Positions 48,023 to 55,991 are shown, counted from the first letter of the stretch. The stretch is DNA of 59,521 nt from Burkholderiales bacterium (GCA_049698095.1 JBAVXA010000037.1:1-59521), one strand, 5' to 3'. Program-made: numbers and translations. Notes: generated by a model not told the origin, from the sequence alone.

Positions 48023-48043
48023 TCAGTATCAAATTAATACTGA
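48023..48043. promoter_or_regulatory. Inverted repeat overlapping the predicted nrdJ -10 region
   Basis: TCAGTAT-caaatta-ATACTGA (7-bp arms). It lies between the FNR box and the nrdJ ATG. Operator-like, but the binding factor is unknown. Confidence 0.3.
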
Positions 48044-48051
48044 TGGAAACA

Positions 48052-48065
48052 TTGATATGCATCAA
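48052..48065. promoter_or_regulatory. Perfect FNR/ANR box between divergent nrdJ and the PRTase gene
   Basis: TTGATatgcATCAA (10/10). The box centre is 70 nt from the nrdJ ATG (47988). GATACT begins 21 nt past the box toward nrdJ, and cAGAAT begins 21 nt past it toward 48170. Confidence 0.7.
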
Positions 48066-48150
48066 CTCATGCATGCCTACTCGGCTCAGAATGAAAAAAT
48101 GAATCTCCTCTGTAGACGAGCGTCGCTCGTTCGTAAGTTTACTTATATTC

Positions 48151-48169
48151 ATAACTATTTGATTATATT
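48151..48169 (+). repeat. AT-rich 19-mer repeat, exact copy 2
   Basis: ATAACTATTTGATTATATT directly abuts the ATG at 48170. No Shine-Dalgarno sequence is present. Confidence 0.8.
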
Positions 48170-48814
48170 ATGATTTTTTCGAACAGGAATCAAGCCGCCG
48201 CGCTGCTCGCACAACGTTTGCAGGAATATGGCGGCGGCCCGCTGGTTCTAGCCATCCCGCGCGGGGCAGTGCCGATGGGCAAAATCATTGCCGATGCATT
48301 GGGCGGCGAGCTTGATGTCGTGCTCACGCGCAAACTGCGCGCACCGGGAAATCCGGAATATGCAATCGGCGCAATCGATGAGACTGGCTGGGCGTACATC
48401 TCGGAATTCGCGTCATCCGCAGGTGCCACGCCCGAATATATTGAGGAAGAAAAAAAGACTCAACTCGATACCATTCGCCGTCGCCGCAAACAATATACGC
48501 CAATACATAAAGCCGCCGATCCTGAAGGCCGCACGGTAATAGTGGTCGACGATGGGCTGGCCACAGGCGCTACCATGATCGCGGCCCTGCATGCATTGCG
48601 TGCGCGCGCTCCAAAAATACTGATTTGTGCCGTGCCCGTGGCGCATCCGGAAACCTTGAAGAAAGTGGCGCTCTATGCGGATAAAGTCATTTGTCTGCAT
48701 AGCCCTCCGGATTTTTATGCCGTCGGCCAGTTTTACCGCGATTTTCCCCAGGTTGAGGACGATGAAGTGATCGGAATCTTAGCCAGTACAGGCAGCGACA
48801 AATCCAGCCCCTGA
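48170..48814 (+). CDS. Phosphoribosyltransferase-family protein
   Basis: N-terminus FSNRNQAAALLAQRL...VLAIPRGAVPMG and PRPP loop VIVVDDGLATGATM. This is the same architecture as the PRTase half of PRTase/hydrolase pairs. Confidence 0.85.
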   Translation: MIFSNRNQAAALLAQRLQEYGGGPLVLAIPRGAVPMGKIIADALGGELDVVLTRKLRAPGNPEYAIGAIDETGWAYISEFASSAGATPEYIEEEKKTQLDTIRRRRKQYTPIHKAADPEGRTVIVVDDGLATGATMIAALHALRARAPKILICAVPVAHPETLKKVALYADKVICLHSPPDFYAVGQFYRDFPQVEDDEVIGILASTGSDKSSP

Positions 48815-48869
48815 AAATTCCGAAGGCCCGTGTCGCAAATTGAAACTCTTGGCGTTTTTCTACGCTCGT

Positions 48870-48883
48870 TTGATCTAGGTCAA
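48870..48883 (+). promoter_or_regulatory. FNR-type box upstream of the second usp
   Basis: TTGATctagGTCAA (9/10). GATAAT/TAATCT lies 19-21 nt downstream. The box centre is 70 nt from the ATG at 48947. Confidence 0.6.
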
Positions 48884-48946
48884 ATATCGATAAAAGCCTT
48901 GCGATAATCTGAAAACGTCGTAATTCATTCACTAAAGGAGATAAAA

Positions 48947-49384
48947 ATGTTTAAGACAATCCTGATTCCGACTGACGGCTCGGCGCTTTCAGAAAATGCC
49001 GCAAAAAAATCACTGCAATTGGCCAAATCGCTGAACGCAAAAGCGGTGGGATTCTATTCTATTGAGCCGTTTCACATCCTGGCCGCCAATACGGAAATGA
49101 TGAGTGATACGCGCGAAGTTTATGAACGGGATTCGAAATTGCGCGCAAGCTCCTCGTTAGCAAAAATTGAAGATTTCGCGCGTTCAGCGGGTGTTGCCTG
49201 TGAATGCGTCAGCGGGCAGGACGATAGCCCCTGGCAAGGCATCATCAAGGCCGCGCAATCCAAAGGTTGTGACCTTATAGCCATGGCTTCGCACGGTCGC
49301 ACCGGAATGCAGGGCATTTTGATCGGCAGTCAGGCCAACCACGTCTTGACGCATTCGAAAATCCCGGTTCTGATTTTTAGATAA
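48947..49384 (+). CDS. Universal stress protein (UspA family)
   Basis: MFKTILIPTDGS N-terminus and C-terminal SHGRTGMQGILIGSQANHVLTHSKIPVLIFR. GGAG RBS. Confidence 0.9.
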   Translation: MFKTILIPTDGSALSENAAKKSLQLAKSLNAKAVGFYSIEPFHILAANTEMMSDTREVYERDSKLRASSSLAKIEDFARSAGVACECVSGQDDSPWQGIIKAAQSKGCDLIAMASHGRTGMQGILIGSQANHVLTHSKIPVLIFR

Positions 49385-49497
49385 CCCGCCTATCGACACA
49401 CGGCCGGTCACCAGCTGGCGCGATTCGGGTGAATTCAGGCGCAGTTGCCTGCTTGATAAACGGCATGAGCGCACCCTTTTTTCTCGCCTCAATAAAT

Positions 49498-49528
49498 AAA
49501 AAGATCCCGAAACGATTGGGATCTTTTT
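49498..49528. terminator. Bidirectional rho-independent terminator
   Basis: AAAAAGATCCC-gaaacgatt-GGGATCTTTTT. The stem is flanked by an A-run and a T-run, between convergent usp (+) and the hydrolase gene (-). Confidence 0.8.
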
Positions 49529-49529
49529 A

Positions 49530-50192
49530 TTACAACCTGCCTTTAAACCATTCCGCTGCCAACCGCGCCGCCTCTTCCAATGTTCCCGGCTCCTCGAACA
49601 GGTGAGTTGCTCCCGGGATAATCTGCATTTGTTTTTCGCAGCTTAGATATTCATAGGCGATCTGGTTAAGCTGAATGACCTCGGCGTCATCGCCGCCTAC
49701 AATCAGCATCGTAGGCGCGAGCACTTTGCGTAACGAATCCTCGCCGGCTAGATCAGGGCGACCGCCGCGCGATACGACGGCACCGATTTCTCCACCGAAC
49801 TGCGCCGCGGCGCGCAATGCCGCCGCCGCACCGGTACTGGCGCCGAAATAACCGATTCGCATCCCGGCGGTCCGACTGGCGGTAGCCAGCCAGTAAGTGG
49901 CGCCGATGAGCCTTGACGTTAACAATGCGATATCGAAGCGCGTCGCGTAGTTTGCGTCTTCCGCGGGCGTCAGCAAATCGATCAACAGGCTGCCGATACG
50001 AGCCGCGTGCAGCACATCGGCGACAAAGATATTGCGCGGGCTGAAGCGGGAACTGCCGCTGCCGTGGGCAAACAGAACGACTGCCTTTGCGCCAACCGGC
50101 AGTGTCAGCGTGCCCTTCAATTGGACGTTCCCAGTCGAAATGACGACTGTGGAAGCGTGCGAAAAATCCTGAACGTCGCCCGGCGGGTTCAT
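49530..50192 (-). CDS. Dienelactone-hydrolase-type alpha/beta hydrolase
   Basis: VVLFAHGSGSSRFSPRN, nucleophile elbow GASTGAAAAL, and C-terminal GATHLFEEPG (His). Confidence 0.85.
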   Translation of the reverse strand: MNPPGDVQDFSHASTVVISTGNVQLKGTLTLPVGAKAVVLFAHGSGSSRFSPRNIFVADVLHAARIGSLLIDLLTPAEDANYATRFDIALLTSRLIGATYWLATASRTAGMRIGYFGASTGAAAALRAAAQFGGEIGAVVSRGGRPDLAGEDSLRKVLAPTMLIVGGDDAEVIQLNQIAYEYLSCEKQMQIIPGATHLFEEPGTLEEAARLAAEWFKGRL

Positions 50193-50211
50193 CGCGTTTT
50201 GCAGCTGTCGC

Positions 50212-50700
50212 TTATTTTCGCGGGCTCTCGCCTGCGCTTTTCTGTTCCTGCATTTCGCGTTCGATCATTTGCTGCATCATCGATTGCATCATGTCCATGC
50301 GTTTTTCCATCATCTCATGGTGTTTCATCATGCCGCCCTGCATCATACCGCCTGGCTTCATCGCGCCTTCTTTCATTCCGCCGCCCATCATTCCTCCGCC
50401 CATGCAACCGCCGCCGCCGCTCATGCCGCACATCATGCCCATGCCATCGCGCATGGCCTGCATGTGTTCCTGCATGAGTTTCTGCTTCTCGGCCGGGTCG
50501 GACGTGGCGCGAATTTTTTCCATCTGCATTTGCATTTTTTTCATGTGGTCCTGCATGGCAGATTGCGCCGCGTCCGCGCTGCCAGGCGCAGTTGCTGCTG
50601 CGGCGCCGTGTCCGGCATGGCTTCCGGCGGATGGCGGGGCGGCACAGCCAAATTGTAGAAGTGCAACGGCCAGACCAGACAATTTCAGTAGATTTTTCAT
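50212..50700 (-). CDS. Methionine/glycine-rich lipoprotein
   Basis: Signal peptide with lipobox LLQFGC. The mature part is dominated by M-x-M / MM motifs plus His and two Cys (GMGMMCGMSGGGGCMGGGMMGGGM). By my count there are 31 Met in 162 residues. GAGGA RBS. Confidence 0.7.
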   Translation of the reverse strand: MKNLLKLSGLAVALLQFGCAAPPSAGSHAGHGAAAATAPGSADAAQSAMQDHMKKMQMQMEKIRATSDPAEKQKLMQEHMQAMRDGMGMMCGMSGGGGCMGGGMMGGGMKEGAMKPGGMMQGGMMKHHEMMEKRMDMMQSMMQQMIEREMQEQKSAGESPRK

Positions 50701-50757
50701 CTCATATCCTCAGCAAAACTCGTTCGGACAATTTACTTCCTGAGGTGGATTTGTTTG

Positions 50758-50771
50758 TTGATACAGATCAA
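50758..50771 (-). promoter_or_regulatory. Perfect FNR/ANR box upstream of the Met-rich lipoprotein gene
   Basis: TTGATacagATCAA (10/10). The box centre is 64.5 nt from the ATG at 50700. A TAAATT hexamer begins 22 nt past the box on the minus strand. Confidence 0.7.
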
Positions 50772-50809
50772 AAACTGTTGATTGAGCATTTGCCCGGTGT
50801 GACTGAGGT

Positions 50810-53401
50810 TTATGGTTTGAACGGGTTGAAGCGTCGGGCTAACTCAAACCAAAGCAAGCCGGCGACCGCCGCGGCGAGACAAAGGGCGATGCCCTCAGGC
50901 GGCATGCTCGCAAAGCGGAATATCGACTGCATCTGGGGCACATAGATCGCCAGTGCAAGAGCGAAGAGGGTTCCGCTGACTATCCACCAAAGCGCCGGGT
51001 TGGGTGTGCGCAGTACGGTGATAAAGCTTTGATGCCGCGCCAGATTAGTGAGTATCAGCCCGATATTGCCGAACACGATTGTCGTAAAGGCATAGGTTCT
51101 TGCCAGTTCATCGGACATTCCGGTTTGCAGCACGCCCCAGTACAGGAGCCAAATCGCGGCAAGCACGCCTGCCCCTTGAAGCAGGCTGGTCAACACAATA
51201 TCGGCATTCAGTAAATGATCGTCCGTCCGGCGCGGCGCCCGCTGCATGGCGTTTTTTTCTGCAGGCTCAGCCTCAAATGCAATTGAACAGGCCGGGTCGA
51301 TTATGAATTCCAGAAATACAATATGAACCGGATAAAAAACCAGTGGCCAGCCGAACAATAACGGGACCAGCGCCATGCCGGCCGTCGGCACGTGCACCGC
51401 GATGATGTAGCACATCGCTTTCTGGATATTGTCAAAAATTTGCCTGCCCAATTTGACGGCATGCACAATCGAGGCGAAATCATCGCGCAGCAGCACCAGT
51501 GCCGCCGCTTCACGCGCCACATCGGTGCCGCGCTGCCCCATCGCGACGCCAATATGCGCGGCTTTGAGCGCCGGCGCGTCGTTAACCCCATCGCCGGTCA
51601 TCGCGACGATTTCCCCTGCGCTTTTGAATGCCTGCACCAGTCGCAATTTTTGTTCCGGCATGATGCGTGCAAAAATATTCACGCTGCCAATGCGCGCCTG
51701 CAATTCAGAATCGCTCATTTGCTGTAATTCGGCACCGGTAATCGCATGCTCATTGGGATGCAGGCCAATCTGGCGCGCGATGGCCTGCGCGGTGACGGGG
51801 TAATCGCCGGTAATCATCACCGTGCGGATGCCGGCCTGATAACACTCCTTCAACGCCGGCACCACGCTGGGCCGCACCGGATCTGCCAGCCCGATCAAGC
51901 CGACAAAACTGAAATCGAAGCCGTGCGGCGTCGGAGGCCACGCGCCGCTTTGGAAGTTGGCCATGGCAGACGCTTTTGCTACCGCCAATACACGCAGGCC
52001 GTTACTCGCCATGCGCTGCACCTCTGCTTCAAGATGTTCCCATTGCCGGGGATCCAGATGGCATAACCCTGCAATCGCTTCCGGCGCACCTTTGCTCGCG
52101 ATAATATATAACTCATTGTTTTTATTATATTTTGCGTGCCAGACGTGAGTGCGCGCGAGCAGTTGCGTTGTCAGGGAATACTCGTGTACCAATTCACGCT
52201 GCGTATGTTGCTGTGGGAAATCATGCAGATGGTCTTTGCCCAATGCATGAAATGCTTTTTCCATCGGGTCGAACGGCTCGGCCGCGCTGGATAGGATGCT
52301 GTACTCGACTAACGCGTGAAATTCTTCCGGCAGGGTTCGTTTTGCCAATCCGTCGATCAGGCAGCCTTTACCGTTCGCGTACAACTCGCGCACCGCCATC
52401 TGGTTTTGCGTGATGGTGCCGGTTTTATCCACACAAAGCACGGTTGCCGAACCCAATGTTTCAATGGCAGGCATGCGGCGCGTGAGGACGTGCTGTTTTG
52501 AAATGCGCCAGGCGCCGAGCGCCATGAATACCGTCAGCACCACGGGAAACTCTTCCGGTAGATTTGCCATCGCCAGGGTAATGCCGGCGAGCAGACCGCC
52601 AATCCAGTCCTGCCGCGTGATGCCGTAAAGGGCCACCACCGCGGCGCATAACGTCAGGCCGATTAGCGCGAACACCATCACTGCGCGCCGCGTCTCCAGC
52701 TGCATCGGGCTGGCCTCCTGCGTCACCGACTGCAGCGCCTTGCCTATTTTGCCCATTTCCGTTGCCAGGCCGGTGGCCAGCACCTGCGCCGTAGCGTGGC
52801 CTTGCACCGCGAGGGTGCCCGAATATACGAACGGCAGGTCATCGCCCCCGGGCCGCTGCATCGGCTGCGCAACACTGCCGGCGATTTTTGCCACCGCCAC
52901 GGACTCCCCGGTCAACAATGATTCATCGGTCTTGAAATCATTGCAGGAAAGCAGGACCGCGTCGGCTGGTACCCGGTCGCCTTCTTTTAGCAGCATGATG
53001 TCGCCGCGCACCACGTCGCGTCCGGCAATGCGGCGCGCTTCACCGTCGCGCAGCACAAGCGCGCGCGGGCTTGACAGGTCGCGCAAGGCTTCCAGCGCGC
53101 GCTCGGTCTTGCGCTCCTGAAAAAACGTGATGCCGAGCATAACCAGCACCGAGACCATCAACACCAGCGCCTCGCGCACATCCCCCAGAAAGAGATAAAT
53201 GGTCGCCGCAGCGATCAGCAGCAGGAACATCGGTTCGCGCACGACCTCCAGCGCGATGCGCCAGAGGCTGCGCGGCCTGGACGAGGGCAACTCATTTGCA
53301 CCGTCCTTGTGCAAGCGTGCAGCCGCCTGCGTTGCACTGAGCCCGGTCGCGGGGTCGGTGGCGATACTGGCTGGTTCCTGTGTAGCAGGCTCGTTATCCA
53401 T
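50810..53401 (-). CDS. P-type cation-transporting ATPase (P2-type, Ca2+/PacL-like)
   Basis: TGES, DKTGTITQN, MITGD, GDGVNDAPALK. 863 aa with 10-TM architecture. Ion specificity cannot be determined from the sequence alone. Confidence 0.9.
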   Translation of the reverse strand: MDNEPATQEPASIATDPATGLSATQAAARLHKDGANELPSSRPRSLWRIALEVVREPMFLLLIAAATIYLFLGDVREALVLMVSVLVMLGITFFQERKTERALEALRDLSSPRALVLRDGEARRIAGRDVVRGDIMLLKEGDRVPADAVLLSCNDFKTDESLLTGESVAVAKIAGSVAQPMQRPGGDDLPFVYSGTLAVQGHATAQVLATGLATEMGKIGKALQSVTQEASPMQLETRRAVMVFALIGLTLCAAVVALYGITRQDWIGGLLAGITLAMANLPEEFPVVLTVFMALGAWRISKQHVLTRRMPAIETLGSATVLCVDKTGTITQNQMAVRELYANGKGCLIDGLAKRTLPEEFHALVEYSILSSAAEPFDPMEKAFHALGKDHLHDFPQQHTQRELVHEYSLTTQLLARTHVWHAKYNKNNELYIIASKGAPEAIAGLCHLDPRQWEHLEAEVQRMASNGLRVLAVAKASAMANFQSGAWPPTPHGFDFSFVGLIGLADPVRPSVVPALKECYQAGIRTVMITGDYPVTAQAIARQIGLHPNEHAITGAELQQMSDSELQARIGSVNIFARIMPEQKLRLVQAFKSAGEIVAMTGDGVNDAPALKAAHIGVAMGQRGTDVAREAAALVLLRDDFASIVHAVKLGRQIFDNIQKAMCYIIAVHVPTAGMALVPLLFGWPLVFYPVHIVFLEFIIDPACSIAFEAEPAEKNAMQRAPRRTDDHLLNADIVLTSLLQGAGVLAAIWLLYWGVLQTGMSDELARTYAFTTIVFGNIGLILTNLARHQSFITVLRTPNPALWWIVSGTLFALALAIYVPQMQSIFRFASMPPEGIALCLAAAVAGLLWFELARRFNPFKP

Positions 53402-55991
53402 GGGTTCGCCGTGCGTAATATTTATAGAAGCCGCGTTTGACCAATTCGACCAGCGCCAGATAAATCACCACCATTCCAGCTAAAATCAGGAAAAACTTCA
53501 ATGGCGGCGCGACGAAGCCGAAATAGGCGCCAAGCGGCGAAAACGGCAACCATGCCGCCACCACGACCACCAGGCAGGAAGTCGCCACCAGCACCGGACT
53601 CGGCAGATTGACCAGCGGATTGCCGCGCGTACGGATGACGAATATGACCAGGGTTTGTGTCGCCAGCGATTCGATAAACCAACCGGTCTGAAACAATGCT
53701 TCATTCGCTTCAAGCACCACCAGCATCACATAAAAGGTCAGGAAATCGAAAAGCGAACTGACCGGGCCGATGGTCCACATGAAATTGCGGATGAATGCCA
53801 TGTCCCATGCCTGCGGCCGTTTCACTTCTTCCTCGTCCACCCGGTCGAGGGGAATCGCCGCCTCGGATAAATCGTACAGCATATTATTGAGCAGTATCTG
53901 CGTCGGCAGCATGGGTAAAAAAGGCAGCAGCAACGACGCCCCCGCCATGCTGAACATATTGCCGAAGTTGGAACTTGTCCCCATCAGGATATATTTGCGG
54001 ATATTGCCGAATGTCTCACGGCCGATTATCACCCCTTCATGCAACACATTCAGGTCGCGTTTAAGCAATATCATGTCCGCCGACTCTTTCGCCACATCCA
54101 CTGCGCTTTCGACGGACAATCCGACGTCGGCAGAGTGCAAAGCCGGTGCGTCGTTGATGCCGTCACCAAGATAACCGACTGTGTGCCCGCGCTGCTTCAG
54201 CGCCAGGATGATGCGGTTTTTCTGCGCAGGATTGACGCGGCAGAATAAATTGGTCTGTTCCACGCGCGCGCGCAATGCCGTGTCGCCCATATGCTCCAGC
54301 TCGTCGCCGCGCAGCACACCGGTAATGGCGATGCCGAGCTGTGCGCAGATATGCTGGGTGACCAATTCATTGTCGCCGGTGACGATCTTTACCATAACCC
54401 CACTTGCACCCAATGCCGCCATCGCTTTGGCGGCATCTTCCTTGGGCGGATCGAGAAACGCCGCGAGCCCGGCGAAAACCAGCTCGGTTTCGTCGTTGAC
54501 GACTGCGTGCGGGTAATCCAGCGCAACCTTTTTCCATGCGATACCGAGCACGCGAAAGCCGTCGCGCGCCAGGGAATCACACTGGCTCTGCAATCGTGCG
54601 CGCGTATCGCTGTCGACAATGCCGGTTTTGCCGTCAATCCCCGTTTCGTATTGCGCCGACAGGCGCAAAATATCCTCCGGCGCGCCTTTTACCACCAGTT
54701 GGCGCGAAGCGCCGTTCTCCACCAACACCGACACGCGCCGGCGTTCGAAGTCGAACGGCACTTCATCGATTTTTTTCCACTCGGAAACATCGATTTCCTC
54801 GTGCGCCAGAATCGCGTCGTCGAGAGGGCTCCTCACGCCGGTTTCGAAAAAACTGTTGATATAGGCAAGCTGCAGCACCCGCTCGCTTTCATGGCCCGTG
54901 GCGTCGACATGGCGCTCAAGTCGGATTTTTGCCTCGGTCAGTGTGCCGGTCTTGTCCGTACACAATACGTCCATGCCACCGAGATTTTCAATGGCGGACA
55001 GGCGTTTTACGATGACGTTTCGGCGCGCCATGCGCATCGCGCCGCGCGACAAGGTAACCGATATCACCATCGGTAACAGTTCCGGGGTAAGGCCGACTGC
55101 CAGCGCGATGGCAAACAAAAATGATTCCAGTAACGGTTTGTGCGACATAGTGTTCACCAAAAGCACAAACAGCACGAGGAACACGGTAAGGCGCATGATC
55201 AGCATGCCGAATTGTCGCGTGCCGATTTCAAATGAGGTCGGCGGCGGCGGCGCTTCCAGGGTTTCGGCAATTTCGCCCATCGCCGTGTTGGTGCCCGTGC
55301 GGCAGACCAGAATGCTCGCCGTGCCGCTCACAACCGAGGTGCCCATGAAGACGGCGGTCGCCGACTCCAGCATGGCTCCTGCCTGGTCGCCCGAATCGCC
55401 GCAATGCTTTTCCGCCGGGTAAGCCTCGCCGGTCAACAATGCCTGTTTTACAAACAAGTCGCGCGACTCGATCAACCTGCCGTCTGCGGGAATCAGGTCG
55501 CCCGCCGCCACCACCGCCACATCGCCCGGCACCACGTCGGCGACCGGCACTTCGCACTCGACACCGTCGCGCAATACGCTGACCTTCAGCGCAACCGATT
55601 GACGTAATTTGTCCGCCGCCCGCGCCGCCCGCGTTTCCTGAATAAAATCGATGGTTACCGACATGACAATCATGGCGGTGATAATCACGAAGCTGGTTAT
55701 TTCTCCGGTCAGAGCTGATACAAAACTGGCAGCGAGCAGAATAAGGACCAGAGGATTGCGAAACCGGCGCAGGAATTCGAGCCACAACAGGCGTTTCGGC
55801 TCGTCGCGGAAAATGTTTGGCCCCCAGCGGGTCAATCGAACCGCAGCTTGCGCACCCGGCAATCCCCGCGGCGCGCTTTGCAGAACGTCGAACAGTCTAT
55901 CGAGCGGTATGCGCCACCATTCGCTCAGGGTCGATTCTTGGGCGCGTTGGGCGTCATTGTTGCGCGCAAGGTTGTTAATCGGATTGGCCAC
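53394..55991 (-). CDS. mgtA: Magnesium-translocating P-type ATPase (MgtA type)
   Basis: Long collinear similarity to E. coli MgtA as I recall it. Shared segments are LTGEAYPAEK, GLTPELLPMVISVTL, DKTGTLTEAKI, IDEVPFDFERRRVSV, GDGINDAPAL and SSNFGNMFSMAGASLLLPFLPMLP. Overlaps the downstream ATPase gene by 8 nt. Confidence 0.9.
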   Translation of the reverse strand: MANPINNLARNNDAQRAQESTLSEWWRIPLDRLFDVLQSAPRGLPGAQAAVRLTRWGPNIFRDEPKRLLWLEFLRRFRNPLVLILLAASFVSALTGEITSFVIITAMIVMSVTIDFIQETRAARAADKLRQSVALKVSVLRDGVECEVPVADVVPGDVAVVAAGDLIPADGRLIESRDLFVKQALLTGEAYPAEKHCGDSGDQAGAMLESATAVFMGTSVVSGTASILVCRTGTNTAMGEIAETLEAPPPPTSFEIGTRQFGMLIMRLTVFLVLFVLLVNTMSHKPLLESFLFAIALAVGLTPELLPMVISVTLSRGAMRMARRNVIVKRLSAIENLGGMDVLCTDKTGTLTEAKIRLERHVDATGHESERVLQLAYINSFFETGVRSPLDDAILAHEEIDVSEWKKIDEVPFDFERRRVSVLVENGASRQLVVKGAPEDILRLSAQYETGIDGKTGIVDSDTRARLQSQCDSLARDGFRVLGIAWKKVALDYPHAVVNDETELVFAGLAAFLDPPKEDAAKAMAALGASGVMVKIVTGDNELVTQHICAQLGIAITGVLRGDELEHMGDTALRARVEQTNLFCRVNPAQKNRIILALKQRGHTVGYLGDGINDAPALHSADVGLSVESAVDVAKESADMILLKRDLNVLHEGVIIGRETFGNIRKYILMGTSSNFGNMFSMAGASLLLPFLPMLPTQILLNNMLYDLSEAAIPLDRVDEEEVKRPQAWDMAFIRNFMWTIGPVSSLFDFLTFYVMLVVLEANEALFQTGWFIESLATQTLVIFVIRTRGNPLVNLPSPVLVATSCLVVVVAAWLPFSPLGAYFGFVAPPLKFFLILAGMVVIYLALVELVKRGFYKYYARRTHG

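Noticed and set aside
50269-50743. Plus-strand ORFs (129 and 150 aa) opposite the Met-rich lipoprotein gene, giving His- or Pro/Ile-rich products
   Set aside because: This is an antisense artefact of ATG/CAT-rich periodic DNA. The minus-strand frame has a lipobox signal peptide, an RBS and a promoter context, and the plus-strand frames have none.
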